A DNA stretch of 64,000 nt, taken from assembly GCF_051903065.1 (NCBI RefSeq), contig NZ_CP178438.1. The stretch is one strand, 5' to 3'. Positions 10,856-30,463 of this stretch are shown in pieces (position 1 is the first letter of the stretch; each line of letters begins with the position of its first letter). Under the pieces are notes generated by a model, which was not told where the DNA came from, did no database searches, and saw only the letters and a list, made by a program, of their open reading frames with translations. The DNA comes from Escherichia coli. GTDB lineage: Bacteria; Pseudomonadota; Gammaproteobacteria; Enterobacterales; Enterobacteriaceae. Made by a program: the position numbers and the translations under genes.

Positions 10856-11526
10856 TATTTTTTTACCGCTACGAATGAATAGCCCATCCCCCGGATTGTA
10901 GCGATTAGCTTCTCAGGAAAAGGATCATCAACTTTTGCGCGGAGCCTGCGAATGGCAACATCCACCGTATTGGTATCACTATCAAAGTTGATTCCCCAAA
11001 TTTCACTCGCAATAACCGTTCTGGGTATAATTTCGCCAGCTCTGGAGGCCAGTAGCCAAAGTAACTGAAACTCCTTGCGCGTCAGTGTAATACTGATATT
11101 GTCCCTGCTCACACTTTGACTAACAGAGTCCATTCTTAAGCCGCTGATTTCTAATGTTGAATTCAAAGCGTGATGTTGCCTTAATTGTGCCCGAACCCTT
11201 GCCAGCAACTCAGAAAATGAAAAAGGTTTTACCAGATAATCATTTGCTCCACTGTCCAGCCCTCTGACTCTGTCATCGACAGAATCCCTTGCAGTAAGGC
11301 AAATAACAGGGGTTTGCTTTGCCGTTCTTAACGTTTGTAAGATCTGCCAGCCATCCATACCCGGAAGCATAATATCCAGAATGATCAATGCATAATCATC
11401 CTTCAGCGCAAGATAAAGCCCATCTCTGCCATCAGAAACGGCATCAATGACATAACCCGCTTCGGAAAGCCCCTGCGTTACCCACTCCTGGGTCCTTTGA
11501 TTATCTTCAATAAGTAAAATCTTCAT
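10855..11526 (-). CDS. hprR: OmpR-family response regulator HprR (YedW)
   Basis: 223 aa from MKILLIEDNQRTQEW (ATG 11524-11526); receiver domain plus winged-helix. The track's ORF is extended upstream. Confidence 0.85.
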   Translation of the reverse strand: MKILLIEDNQRTQEWVTQGLSEAGYVIDAVSDGRDGLYLALKDDYALIILDIMLPGMDGWQILQTLRTAKQTPVICLTARDSVDDRVRGLDSGANDYLVKPFSFSELLARVRAQLRQHHALNSTLEISGLRMDSVSQSVSRDNISITLTRKEFQLLWLLASRAGEIIPRTVIASEIWGINFDSDTNTVDVAIRRLRAKVDDPFPEKLIATIRGMGYSFVAVKK

Positions 11527-11571
11527 GAAAATAATATGCCATAAATCATATGTTATAGAAACAGCCTGGTT

Positions 11572-11589
11572 CATTACAAAATTGTAATG
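11572..11589. promoter_or_regulatory. Perfect palindrome CATTACAAAATTGTAATG in the hprR / hiuH divergent promoter region; candidate HprR (CusR-like) box
   Basis: 18-bp inverted repeat read directly from the sequence, between the divergent hprR and hiuH starts. Confidence 0.5.
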
Positions 11590-11658
11590 CTGCTGTAAGG
11601 TTACCCTGGACGCTTTTTCGCTATCCTCAAAACTCATTCACATGACAAGGATATAAAC

Positions 11659-12072
11659 ATGTTAAAGCGTTATTTAGTACTCTCGGTAGCAACGGCAGCA
11701 TTTTTATTACCTTCTTTGGTTAATGCCGCACAACAAAACATTCTTAGCGTGCACATTTTGAACCAGCAAACAGGAAAACCCGCTGCTGACGTGACAGTCA
11801 CTCTTGAAAAGAAGGCGGATAACGGCTGGTTACAACTTAATACCGCCAAAACAGATAAGGATGGACGAATTAAGGCACTGTGGCCCGAGCAAACTGCAAC
11901 TACGGGCGATTACCGTGTCGTATTTAAAACCGGGGACTATTTCAAGAAACAAAATCTTGAAAGTTTCTTCCCTGAGATCCCCGTTGAATTTCATATTAAT
12001 AAAGTGAACGAGCATTATCATGTGCCTTTATTACTTAGCCAATATGGGTATTCAACCTATCGTGGCAGTTAA
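11659..12072 (+). CDS. hiuH: 5-hydroxyisourate hydrolase (transthyretin-like) HiuH (YedX)
   Basis: 137 aa with signal peptide; C-terminal YRGS tetrapeptide typical of HIU hydrolases. Confidence 0.85.
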   Translation: MLKRYLVLSVATAAFLLPSLVNAAQQNILSVHILNQQTGKPAADVTVTLEKKADNGWLQLNTAKTDKDGRIKALWPEQTATTGDYRVVFKTGDYFKKQNLESFFPEIPVEFHINKVNEHYHVPLLLSQYGYSTYRGS

Positions 12073-12174
12073 TGCATAAATATGTAAAAGCAGATCTCTG
12101 CTACTGTTAGGGAGGACACTCCCTGACAGATTAACAGTAAACGGCTCTTGCTGGCTAACGACAAAAAAGTGTGA

Positions 12175-13185
<1,011 letters not shown>

Positions 13186-13821
13186 ATGCGTCTGACAGCA
13201 AAACAGGTGACATGGCTGAAAGTTTGCCTGCATCTTGCCGGATTGTTGCCGTTTCTCTGGCTGGTCTGGGCGATCAATCACGGTGGACTGGGTGCCGATC
13301 CGGTGAAAGATATTCAGCATTTTACCGGTCGCACTGCACTGAAATTTTTGCTGGCGACCTTGTTAATCACACCTCTGGCACGCTACGCAAAACAGCCGTT
13401 ATTGATACGCACACGCCGCCTGTTAGGCTTATGGTGCTTTGCCTGGGCGACACTGCATTTAACCAGTTACGCATTGCTGGAGCTGGGCGTGAATAATCTG
13501 GCGTTATTAGGCAAGGAGTTAATTACCCGGCCTTATTTAACGTTAGGAATTATCAGCTGGGTTATTTTGCTTGCTTTAGCGTTTACTTCAACCCAGGCGA
13601 TGCAGCGAAAACTCGGCAAGCACTGGCAACAGTTGCATAATTTCGTCTATCTTGTCGCGATCCTGACCCCAATACATTATCTGTGGTCAGTGAAGATTAT
13701 TTCACCGCAGCCGCTCATCTACGCTGGGCTGGCTGTACTGCTTTTAGCCTTACGGTATAAGAAGTTGCGTTCCCTTTTTAACCGGTTACGCAAGCAGGTT
13801 CACAACAAATTATCTGTATAA
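13186..13821 (+). CDS. msrQ: Heme-binding membrane partner MsrQ (YedZ)
   Basis: 211-aa polytopic membrane protein starting 1 nt after the msrP stop. Confidence 0.9.
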   Translation: MRLTAKQVTWLKVCLHLAGLLPFLWLVWAINHGGLGADPVKDIQHFTGRTALKFLLATLLITPLARYAKQPLLIRTRRLLGLWCFAWATLHLTSYALLELGVNNLALLGKELITRPYLTLGIISWVILLALAFTSTQAMQRKLGKHWQQLHNFVYLVAILTPIHYLWSVKIISPQPLIYAGLAVLLLALRYKKLRSLFNRLRKQVHNKLSV

Positions 13822-13854
13822 CTTCATATTGCCGACAAAGTACGCGTTATCCCT

Positions 13855-13888
13855 GCCGGATGTGGCGCGAGCGCCCTATCCGGCCTAC
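13855..13888. repeat. REP element
   Basis: GCCGGATGTGGCGCGAGCGCCCTATCCGGCCTAC matches the canonical REP palindrome. Confidence 0.65.
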
Positions 13889-14022
13889 GCAGATCACATC
13901 AGGTTATGTTTCGTTTGTCATCAACCTCAAATTATCAACATAATTCATTTTATTTCAATAAGATAGATAAGTACACCTGAGAAAACTATGCTCTCATCTC
14001 CTAAGAGTTGTTGCATTTTGTC

Positions 14023-14043
14023 ATATGTTACAATATAACATTA
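14023..14043. promoter_or_regulatory. Zur box upstream of zinT
   Basis: ATGTTACAATATAACAT palindrome (ATGTTA/TAACAT arms) about 35 bp upstream of the zinT start; matches the Zur consensus core TGTTATAnTATAACA. Confidence 0.6.
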
Positions 14044-14077
14044 CACATCATATACAATGACTCTGGAGGAAACTGTT

Positions 14078-14728
14078 TTGGCGATTCGTCTTCACAAACT
14101 GGCTGTTGCTTTAGGTGTCTTTATTGTTAGCGCTCCTGCCTTTTCGCATGGTCATCACTCACACGGCAAACCCTTAACAGAGGTCGAACAAAAAGCTGCT
14201 AATGGTGTTTTTGATGATGCCAATGTACAAAACCGAACGCTCAGTGACTGGGATGGAGTCTGGCAATCCGTTTATCCTTTACTGCAAAGTGGCAAACTTG
14301 ACCCCGTCTTTCAGAAGAAAGCGGATGCAGATAAAACTAAAACATTTGCTGAAATTAAAGATTATTATCACAAAGGTTATGCAACAGATATCGAGATGAT
14401 TGGCATTGAGGACGGCATTGTTGAATTCCATAGAAATAATGAAACAACATCCTGTAAATATGATTACGATGGATACAAAATACTCACCTATAAATCAGGC
14501 AAGAAAGGCGTTCGTTACTTATTCGAATGTAAAGATCCTGAAAGCAAAGCCCCTAAATATATACAATTTAGCGATCATATAATTGCACCACGAAAATCAT
14601 CTCATTTTCACATTTTTATGGGTAATGATTCACAGCAATCTTTATTAAATGAAATGGAAAACTGGCCAACGTATTATCCATATCAGTTGAGTAGCGAAGA
14701 AGTGGTCGAGGAAATGATGTCTCATTGA
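14078..14728 (+). CDS. zinT: Periplasmic zinc/metal-binding protein ZinT (YodA)
   Basis: His-rich HGHHSHG after the signal peptide. Start called at TTG 14078 ([13 protein letters not shown]) with GGAGGA 8 nt upstream; an in-frame ATG at 14057 is the alternative. Confidence 0.8.
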   Translation: MAIRLHKLAVALGVFIVSAPAFSHGHHSHGKPLTEVEQKAANGVFDDANVQNRTLSDWDGVWQSVYPLLQSGKLDPVFQKKADADKTKTFAEIKDYYHKGYATDIEMIGIEDGIVEFHRNNETTSCKYDYDGYKILTYKSGKKGVRYLFECKDPESKAPKYIQFSDHIIAPRKSSHFHIFMGNDSQQSLLNEMENWPTYYPYQLSSEEVVEEMMSH

Positions 14729-15070
14729 GTATTCTCATGATAACGCCTCGATGCCGCTTTAGTAAGTCATCATAACTGCCACTGGTCCATCCACAAACGC
14801 CACTGAACGCAAGCTAGCTACAGACACGCTCATCACTATGACGTGTCTGTATATTAATAAGCTAACCCGCATTGAGTTAACCAATAACGGATTCCATACA
14901 CAATACGGCCAACAGAGAAAGATACCTGTGCTCACGCCATTGCTTATATTGGCTGGTTACAATGTGCACTATCAATTTTTTAAATAACAAATTCTTAAAA
15001 CCACATCTGTATAAGGAATTTTTAAGGTTCGTGGGATAGCTTGACTGTGAAAATCACAGGAGCTACAAAA

Positions 15071-15601
15071 ATGAACCGATTCTCAAAAACTCAAATTTAT
15101 TTACATTGGATAACGCTGCTTTTCGTTGCAATAACCTATGCCGCGATGGAACTCCGTGGCTGGTTTCCTAAAGGTAGTAGTACTTATCTGCTAATGCGAG
15201 AAACACATTACAATGCGGGTATATTCGTTTGGGTGTTAATGTTTTCACGCCTGATTATAAAACACCGTTATAGTGATCCTTCTATTGTGCCACCGCCACC
15301 TGCCTGGCAAATGAAAGCGGCTTCGCTAATGCACATCATGCTTTATATAACCTTCCTTGCACTTCCTCTGCTGGGGATTGCTTTGATGGCTTACAGTGGA
15401 AAATCGTGGAGTTTCCTTGGTTTCAATGTGTCTCCCTTTGTTACCCCAAACAGCGAAATTAAAGCACTGATAAAAAATATTCACGAAACCTGGGCAAATA
15501 TAGGCTACTTTTTAATCGCAGCTCACGCTGGCGCAGCACTCTTTCATCACTACATTCAGAAAGATAATACTCTGTTACGAATGATGCCTCGCCGCAAATA
15601 A
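15071..15601 (+). CDS. yodB: Cytochrome b561 family protein YodB
   Basis: 176 aa from MNRFSKTQIYLHW; four TM helices with conserved His; AGGAGC RBS upstream. Confidence 0.8.
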   Translation: MNRFSKTQIYLHWITLLFVAITYAAMELRGWFPKGSSTYLLMRETHYNAGIFVWVLMFSRLIIKHRYSDPSIVPPPPAWQMKAASLMHIMLYITFLALPLLGIALMAYSGKSWSFLGFNVSPFVTPNSEIKALIKNIHETWANIGYFLIAAHAGAALFHHYIQKDNTLLRMMPRRK

Positions 15602-16170
15602 GTCGATCCCCTGACAAGGAAATGTGAACCATGGACATCAACGCGTCATAAATGTTTACGCAAGTGCACAATGCACCCTTTCCACTATCAACAAGGAGGA
15701 GCAGAAACTGTGTAAATCGTACAATGGTAAGACTTATCAAAAATACAGGTTAATTTTGGTATTTAAACCTTTTTTACTTGTTAGTATGATACAAAGGCTT
15801 TCAAAAAAGCTGGGAAATTCAACAACTCTTGGAAATTATGGACTTTGTCCCGCGGCTTTAATCTGACGGCCGCGTTCCTTTTTTGACTCAATTATTGACC
15901 CCTTCTCTACGCAACTTCAGTTCCCACCACCAACTTTGCGGCAGTTTCATAGGATGAATGTCTAAAAGAATAATGGTGAGCGATAAGAAAACGACTGAAT
16001 AACTGCACATTTTCGCTCGAAAGCTTCCTGTCAGATCCATAGCGAATCAAGTGCTGAATGTCACAGTATCGAATAGAAAACAGTGACGATCTAACCCTTC
16101 AAGAATATTCTACGATTGTTCTGTTTAGGAAAAGCAAGGCGGGAAGTCGGGAGATAAGTCATTGATAAAG

Positions 16171-16260
16171 TGGCGGAGAGAGGGGGATTTGAACCCCCGG
16201 TAGAGTTGCCCCTACTCCGGTTTTCGAGACCGGTCCGTTCAGCCGCTCCGGCATCTCTCC
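16171..16260 (-). tRNA. serU: tRNA-Ser (serU)
   Basis: Reverse complement reads GGAGAGATGCCGGAGCGGCTGAACGGACCGGTCTCGAAAACCGGAGTAGGGGCAACTCTACCGGGGGTTCAAATCCCCCTCTCTCCGCCA; long variable arm; CCA encoded. Confidence 0.9.
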
Positions 16261-16353
16261 GTTCAGATGGTTGCCATGATGCCAGGAAATTTGGCATTTT
16301 AACAGTCCCTGTCCGTGCAATTTTGTTCAAGTGACGAGTTTGCGAGCAAAACG

Positions 16354-17151
16354 ATGATTAAGTGGCCCTGGAAAGTACAAGAATCAGCACATCAAACTGC
16401 CCTTCCCTGGCAGGAAGCACTATCGATCCCCCTTTTAACATGTCTGACGGAACAGGAACAAAGCAAATTAGTCACTCTTGCCGAACGTTTTTTACAGCAA
16501 AAGCGGCTTGTTCCTTTACAGGGCTTTGAACTGGATTCATTAAGAAGCTGCCGGATAGCACTTCTATTTTGCCTACCCGTTTTGGAGTTAGGACTGGAAT
16601 GGCTGGATGGTTTTCATGAAGTCTTAATTTATCCTGCGCCATTTGTGGTCGATGATGAATGGGAAGACGATATCGGTCTGGTGCATAACCAACGTATTGT
16701 TCAGTCAGGTCAGAGCTGGCAGCAAGGGCCTATCGTTTTGAACTGGTTGGATATACAAGATTCTTTTGATGCTTCTGGTTTTAACCTGATTATTCATGAA
16801 GTCGCTCATAAGCTGGACACCCGTAACGGCGATCGCGCCAGCGGAGTTCCCTTTATTCCGTTGCGTGAGGTTGCTGGCTGGGAACACGATCTTCATGCTG
16901 CAATGAACAACATTCAGGAAGAAATCGAATTGGTTGGCGAGAATGCGGCGAGCATTGATGCTTATGCTGCCAGTGATCCTGCTGAATGTTTTGCCGTACT
17001 TTCTGAATATTTCTTTAGCGCCCCAGAACTTTTTGCTCCTCGTTTCCCTTCATTGTGGCAACGTTTCTGCCAATTTTATCAACAAGATCCTTTGCTGAGA
17101 CTGCATCACGCTAATGATACAGACTCGTTTTCGGCGACGAATGTTCATTAA
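16354..17151 (+). CDS. mtfA: Mlc-titration factor / zinc aminopeptidase MtfA (YeeI)
   Basis: 265 aa from MIKWPWKVQ; HEVAHKLD zinc-binding HExxH motif. Confidence 0.85.
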   Translation: MIKWPWKVQESAHQTALPWQEALSIPLLTCLTEQEQSKLVTLAERFLQQKRLVPLQGFELDSLRSCRIALLFCLPVLELGLEWLDGFHEVLIYPAPFVVDDEWEDDIGLVHNQRIVQSGQSWQQGPIVLNWLDIQDSFDASGFNLIIHEVAHKLDTRNGDRASGVPFIPLREVAGWEHDLHAAMNNIQEEIELVGENAASIDAYAASDPAECFAVLSEYFFSAPELFAPRFPSLWQRFCQFYQQDPLLRLHHANDTDSFSATNVH

Positions 17152-17204
17152 TTAACAACTTTGCAGATTAATTAACCAATTGAAATGACTTATGAAATTT
17201 AGTG

Positions 17205-17233
17205 TTGACAGACAAGGTACCGCTAAGTAATAT
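17205..17233 (+). promoter_or_regulatory. sigma70 promoter of asnT (TTGACA-17bp-TAATAT, GC-rich discriminator)
   Basis: -35 TTGACA 17205-17210, -10 TAATAT 17228-17233, then GCGCCCC; the same architecture precedes asnW, asnU and asnV. Confidence 0.65.
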
Positions 17234-17251
17234 GCGCCCCGTTCACACGAT

Positions 17252-17327
17252 TCCTCTGTAGTTCAGTCGGTAGAACGGCGGACTGTTAATCCGTATGTCA
17301 CTGGTTCGAGTCCAGTCAGAGGAGCCA
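17252..17327 (+). tRNA. asnT: tRNA-Asn (GUU)
   Basis: TCCTCTGTAGTTCAGTCGGTAGAACGGCGGACTGTTAATCCGTATGTCACTGGTTCGAGTCCAGTCAGAGGAGCCA. Confidence 0.95.
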
Positions 17328-17413
17328 AATTCTAAAAATTCGCTTCTTAGCGCAATGTCACTGACCTTAATTGAGCATTGTTTTTCAACGGATAGCGGGT
17401 TTTGACATCTTAA

Positions 17414-17446
17414 GCGCCCTCGACCTTTATGGTTGAGGGCGTTTTG
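17414..17446 (+). terminator. Intrinsic terminator after asnT
   Basis: CGCCCTCGACC...GGTTGAGGGCG stem plus TTTTG. Confidence 0.6.
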
Positions 17447-17637
17447 CTATGGCGCCATCACCATTTTCCCCTCGATTATAAAACTTGAGTAATTCAGTAG
17501 TCTCCCCTCTTGCAACTCACACCCAAAACTGCCTAACGAAAAGTTATTAATTTTCAATCATATTGCTATCAGGATTTACATTTTTTCGCTGTGCTAGAAA
17601 GGGCGCATTTATGTTAGCTCGTTCAGGGAAGGTAAGC

Positions 17638-25620
<7,983 letters not shown>

Positions 25621-25641
25621 TTTTCCGTTATAATTTCATAA

Positions 25642-25670
25642 AGAGTGCTCCATTCGGGGCACTCTTTTTT
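25642..25670. terminator. Bidirectional intrinsic terminator between convergent yeeJ and yeeL
   Basis: AGAGTGC-(10 nt)-GCACTCT followed by TTTTTT, with A-rich sequence on the other side. Confidence 0.65.
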
Positions 25671-25881
25671 ACATTCCCTCTATAGAGCTTGCTCTTCTCT
25701 CACCGAAAATGAATAAATAAAAATGCGATACCGCCAGATTCGCGTTCGGTGTGACTATGATCGTATCCGGTGAGTACAGCTTTGATCCAAAGGCTGGTTT
25801 TCTGTGATGATTGACCAGCCTCAGAGTATTGATGACACCACCGTTCATAACAGATCGGCATTACTATGCATAAGTACTGTC

Positions 25882-26934
25882 TCATATTCTCGCCAAAACA
25901 CTTTTTAATGCCTTTGCGAATTCATCCAGACTTATATTGTCAATTTTTTGCCCAACGACGACTGACTCCGAAACATCGGCCATTGCGGGCCATCGCGTTT
26001 TGTAATCAGCATAAATTGCAACAACGGGGGTATTATAGGCACTTGCCATATGTAATATTGAGGTGTCAGGAGTTATTGCGATATAAGCATCTTTTATGAT
26101 TGCTGCTGAACGTTTAATCGAGGGTGATAAGGATAAACGGTAGACATTATTATAACAATCCACTAATACCCTGGCTTTATCTTCCCCTTTTGGTCCATGA
26201 ACGATCACTATTGGTATATCTGTTTCACTTTGAATTTTTTCTATTAGATTTTCTGCAATCGATAGTGAAAATGTACGATCCTGCGAGCTACCTTCTAAAT
26301 TAAGCGCAATGTAAGATCCTAACGATCGCATTTCCTCGCGCACCTCATCGAGTACATCCTCACTTAGTGGCAATTCATATATTGGCCTGACTGCCGGAAA
26401 ACCCGCCTCACGCATCATAAATGCCCATGTCATGGGTACGGGAGCCCGGAGATTCTGATCCATCCGGGACGCGTTCTTACACACAGGGGAATAGCACTTC
26501 ATGGTTAAACCAACAACCTGAAAATTCGTTTTTGCTTTCAACTGACTGATAAATAACATCGTTTTCAGGTTCTTTTTACGCATCGCCTCTATACAAAGAT
26601 CCGGAGTACCGTATTGCTGTGTTATGTTCTTCGCTAAATCTTTTATTTCTTTTAATGTTGCGTGATCCTGCATAGTCATTGTGACTAATGTTAATTTAGT
26701 CTGTTCAAGTTTGAGCGCATTAAAGACTTCTAAATTAATTGTCGACGTAACAATTAATAGATGCTTAATTTTATGCAATTCAAGCGCCCGAATAACAGGA
26801 AAGATGGCCATAGCATCGCCAATCTGATCGGGAATATGGATGACAACAAAGTCTGTTTTTTCAATATTGAAATTATAAGCTTTATAATCGTAGTAACTAA
26901 ATGCAATACGTCTCAACAATGATACTAAAAACAT
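25882..26934 (-). CDS. yeeL: GT9-family (ADP-heptose heptosyltransferase-like) glycosyltransferase YeeL, apparently intact
   Basis: 350 aa from ATG 26934 (MFLVSLLRR...). C-terminal motif ITPDTSILHMASAYNTPVVAIYADYKTRWPA resembles the GT9 signature (D-S/T-G..H-L/M-A..G.P.V.L/I-F/Y). Low GC. Confidence 0.7.
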   Translation of the reverse strand: MFLVSLLRRIAFSYYDYKAYNFNIEKTDFVVIHIPDQIGDAMAIFPVIRALELHKIKHLLIVTSTINLEVFNALKLEQTKLTLVTMTMQDHATLKEIKDLAKNITQQYGTPDLCIEAMRKKNLKTMLFISQLKAKTNFQVVGLTMKCYSPVCKNASRMDQNLRAPVPMTWAFMMREAGFPAVRPIYELPLSEDVLDEVREEMRSLGSYIALNLEGSSQDRTFSLSIAENLIEKIQSETDIPIVIVHGPKGEDKARVLVDCYNNVYRLSLSPSIKRSAAIIKDAYIAITPDTSILHMASAYNTPVVAIYADYKTRWPAMADVSESVVVGQKIDNISLDEFAKALKSVLARI

Positions 26935-27248
26935 AACTAACCTCGCCTCCCTACTGGTTATAATGCAATGCAGTCTATCAGAATCATCAGGGTGCAATTT
27001 TGTGCATATGCGGACTTTTATGTTTCATATCTCGAACCTGTGGGGCCTCTGCTTAATCCTTAAACAACACCAGCAACTCCTGCGCTTTCATCTTCCAGCG
27101 AATTTTTCATGTTGCTGCTCATCAGCCATAAAATCATTTGCAGATGCGCTCTGTCGAGGTAGTCTCATAAGGTTCGTTTATAGATCGACGGCAATGTGAG
27201 TTACCTTTTCCATACTAATTATAAAAAGACAGTACAAACAGGATCATT

Positions 27249-28565
27249 ATGGACTCCACGCTCATCTCCACTCGTCCCGATGAAAGGACGGTTTCGTTAA
27301 GTCGCGCCCGACGAGCTGCGTTAGGCAGTTTCGCTGGTGCCGTCGTCGACTGGTATGATTTTTTACTCTATGGCATCACCGCCGCACTGGTGTTTAATCG
27401 CGAGTTTTTCCCGCAAGTAAGCCCGGCGATGGGAACGCTCGCCGCATTTGCTACCTTTGGCGTCGGATTCCTTTTCCGTCCGCTCGGCGGTGTCATTTTC
27501 GGTCACTTTGGCGACCGACTGGGACGTAAGCACATGTTAATGCTGACCGTCTGGATGATGGGTATCGCGACAGCCTTGATTGGTATTCTTCCTTCATTCT
27601 CGACCATTGGGTGGTGGGCACCTATTTTACTGGTGACGCTGCGTGCCATTCAGGGATTTGCCGTCGGCGGCGAATGGGGAGGCGCGGCGTTGCTTTCCGT
27701 TGAAAGTGCACCGAAAAATAAAAAAGCCTTTTACAGTAGCGGTGTACAAGTTGGCTACGGTGTAGGTTTACTGCTTTCAACCGGACTGGTTTCATTGATC
27801 AGTATGATGACGACTGACGAACAGTTTTTAAGCTGGGGCTGGCGTATTCCTTTCCTGTTTAGCATCGTACTGGTACTGGGAGCATTGTGGGTGCGCAATG
27901 GCATGGAGGAGTCCGCGGAATTCGAACAACAGCAACATAATCAAGCGGCCGCGAAAAAACGCATCCCGGTTATCGAAGCTCTGTTACGACATCCCGGTGC
28001 TTTCCTGAAGATTATTGCGCTACGACTGTGCGAATTGCTGACGATGTACATCGTTACTGCCTTTGCACTTAATTATTCAACCCAGAATATGGGGCTACCG
28101 CGCGAACTTTTCCTTAATATTGGTTTGCTGGTAGGTGGATTAAGCTGCCTGACAATTCCCTGTTTTGCCTGGCTTGCCGATCGTTTTGGTCGCCGCAGGG
28201 TTTATATCACAGGCGCGTTGATCGGAACGTTGAGCGCATTTCCTTTCTTTATGGCGCTTGAAGCACAATCTATTTTCTGGATAGTTTTCTTCTCCATAAT
28301 GCTGGCAAACATTGCGCATGACATGGTGGTGTGTGTGCAACAACCGATGTTTACCGAAATGTTTGGTGCCAGTTATCGCTATAGTGGCGCTGGAGTCGGT
28401 TATCAGGTTGCCAGTGTGGTTGGCGGAGGATTTACACCTTTTATTGCCGCTGCACTCATCACTTACTTTGCCGGGAACTGGCATAGCGTCGCCATTTATT
28501 TGCTGGCTGGATGTCTGATTTCTGCAATAACCGCTTTGTTGATGAAAGACAATCAACGCGCTTGA
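27249..28565 (+). CDS. shiA: MFS shikimate transporter ShiA
   Basis: 438-aa 12-TM MFS protein; synteny with amn. Confidence 0.9.
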   Translation: MDSTLISTRPDERTVSLSRARRAALGSFAGAVVDWYDFLLYGITAALVFNREFFPQVSPAMGTLAAFATFGVGFLFRPLGGVIFGHFGDRLGRKHMLMLTVWMMGIATALIGILPSFSTIGWWAPILLVTLRAIQGFAVGGEWGGAALLSVESAPKNKKAFYSSGVQVGYGVGLLLSTGLVSLISMMTTDEQFLSWGWRIPFLFSIVLVLGALWVRNGMEESAEFEQQQHNQAAAKKRIPVIEALLRHPGAFLKIIALRLCELLTMYIVTAFALNYSTQNMGLPRELFLNIGLLVGGLSCLTIPCFAWLADRFGRRRVYITGALIGTLSAFPFFMALEAQSIFWIVFFSIMLANIAHDMVVCVQQPMFTEMFGASYRYSGAGVGYQVASVVGGGFTPFIAAALITYFAGNWHSVAIYLLAGCLISAITALLMKDNQRA

Positions 28566-28571
28566 TAGCCT

Positions 28572-28607
28572 GGCGAAGATCATCCGATCTTCGCCTTACA
28601 CTTTTGT
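28572..28607 (+). terminator. Hairpin after shiA
   Basis: GGCGAAGATC-ATCC-GATCTTCGCC 10-bp stem; downstream is only moderately T-rich. Confidence 0.45.
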
Positions 28608-28666
28608 TTCACATTTCTGTGACATACTATCGGATGTGCGGTAATTGTATGGAACAGGAGACACAC

Positions 28667-30121
28667 ATGAATAATAAGGGCTCCGGTCTGACCCCAGCTC
28701 AGGCACTGGATAAACTCGACGCGCTGTATGAGCAATCTGTAGTCGCATTACGCAACGCCATTGGCAACTATATTACAAGTGGCGAATTACCTGATGAAAA
28801 CGCCCGCAAACAAGGTCTTTTTGTCTATCCATCACTGACCGTAACCTGGGATGGTAGCACAACCAATCCCCCTAAAACGCGCGCATTTGGTCGTTTTACT
28901 CACGCAGGCAGCTACACCACCACGATTACTCGCCCTACTCTCTTTCGTTCGTATCTCAATGAACAACTTACGTTGCTGTATCAGGATTATGGTGCGCATA
29001 TCTCGGTGCAACCCTCGCAGCATGAAATCCCTTATCCTTATGTCATCGATGGCTCTGAATTGACACTTGATCGCTCAATGAGCGCTGGGTTAACTCGCTA
29101 TTTCCCGACAACAGAACTGGCGCAAATTGGCGATGAAACTGCAGACGGCATTTATCATCCAACTGAATTCTCCCCGCTATCGCATTTTGATGCGCGCCGC
29201 GTCGATTTTTCCCTCGCGCGGTTGCGCCATTATACCGGTACGCCAGTTGAACATTTTCAGCCGTTCGTCTTGTTTACCAACTACACACGTTATGTGGATG
29301 AATTCGTTCGTTGGGGATGCAGCCAGATCCTCGATCCTGATAGTCCCTACATTGCCCTTTCTTGTGCTGGCGGGAACTGGATCACCGCCGAAACCGAAGC
29401 GCCAGAAGAAGCCATTTCCGACCTTGCATGGAAAAAACACCAGATGCCCGCGTGGCATTTAATTACCGCCGATGGTCAGGGTATTACTCTGGTGAATATT
29501 GGCGTGGGACCGTCAAATGCTAAAACCATCTGCGATCATCTGGCAGTACTACGCCCGGATGTCTGGTTGATGATTGGTCACTGTGGTGGCTTACGTGAAA
29601 GCCAGGCCATTGGCGATTATGTACTTGCACATGCTTATTTACGCGATGATCACGTTCTTGATGCGGTTCTGCCGCCCGATATTCCTATTCCAAGCATTGC
29701 TGAAGTGCAACGTGCGCTTTATGACGCCACCAAGCTGGTGAGCGGCAGGCCCGGTGAGGAAGTCAAACAGCGGCTACGTACTGGCACTGTGGTAACCACA
29801 GATGACAGGAACTGGGAATTACGTTACTCAGCTTCTGCACTTCGTTTTAACTTAAGCCGGGCCGTAGCAATTGATATGGAAAGTGCAACCATTGCCGCGC
29901 AAGGATATCGTTTCCGCGTGCCATACGGGACACTACTGTGTGTTTCAGATAAACCGTTGCATGGCGAGATTAAACTTCCCGGCCAGGCTAACCGTTTTTA
30001 TGAAGGTGCTATTTCCGAACACCTGCAAATTGGCATTAGGGCGATCGATTTGCTGCGCGCAGAAGGCGACCGACTGCATTCACGTAAATTACGAACCTTT
30101 AATGAGCCGCCGTTCCGATAA
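28667..30121 (+). CDS. amn: AMP nucleosidase Amn
   Basis: 484 aa from ATG 28667 (MNNKGSGLTPAQALDKLDALYEQS); the track's ORF is extended upstream. Confidence 0.9.
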   Translation: MNNKGSGLTPAQALDKLDALYEQSVVALRNAIGNYITSGELPDENARKQGLFVYPSLTVTWDGSTTNPPKTRAFGRFTHAGSYTTTITRPTLFRSYLNEQLTLLYQDYGAHISVQPSQHEIPYPYVIDGSELTLDRSMSAGLTRYFPTTELAQIGDETADGIYHPTEFSPLSHFDARRVDFSLARLRHYTGTPVEHFQPFVLFTNYTRYVDEFVRWGCSQILDPDSPYIALSCAGGNWITAETEAPEEAISDLAWKKHQMPAWHLITADGQGITLVNIGVGPSNAKTICDHLAVLRPDVWLMIGHCGGLRESQAIGDYVLAHAYLRDDHVLDAVLPPDIPIPSIAEVQRALYDATKLVSGRPGEEVKQRLRTGTVVTTDDRNWELRYSASALRFNLSRAVAIDMESATIAAQGYRFRVPYGTLLCVSDKPLHGEIKLPGQANRFYEGAISEHLQIGIRAIDLLRAEGDRLHSRKLRTFNEPPFR

Positions 30122-30182
30122 TAAGTTCTGAACCTTCTTATCAAAAATAGATGTGAAGGATTAAGTAAGACATCTGGCAAAT

Positions 30183-30208
30183 AGCCCGCAATAAACGCGG
30201 GCTGTTTG
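30183..30208 (+). terminator. Hairpin after amn
   Basis: AGCCCGC-(7 nt)-GCGGGCT followed by GTTTG. Confidence 0.5.
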
Positions 30209-30463
30209 CTTCCTTGGGCGGATACGAGTTTTATTATCGTCTTAATGATTTCCACATATTAAAAGCAAGTATGCTTTCAAAACACAATTATAAAAAATCC
30301 CACCAACAATATAAGTTTTTATAAAATTAAATATAAGATTATGACTTTAGAATATTTTTATTTCTAATAGACGAGATTTTTCCTGTTATGATATAATATG
30401 CCGAATTAACACATGTTAACGATTTACCAGTAATGTAAATAAATTTTCGAGGAGATCATTCCA

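Noticed and set aside
16100-17400. Possible genomic island, prophage or IS at the serU/asnT tRNA genes
   Set aside because: No integrase, transposase or terminal inverted repeats; the genes between the tRNAs are the conserved mtfA/yeeJ set.
28566-28666. Possible Pho box upstream of amn
   Set aside because: Only partial resemblance (CTGTGAC) to the CTGTCAT-N4-CTGTCAT consensus; not convincing by eye.
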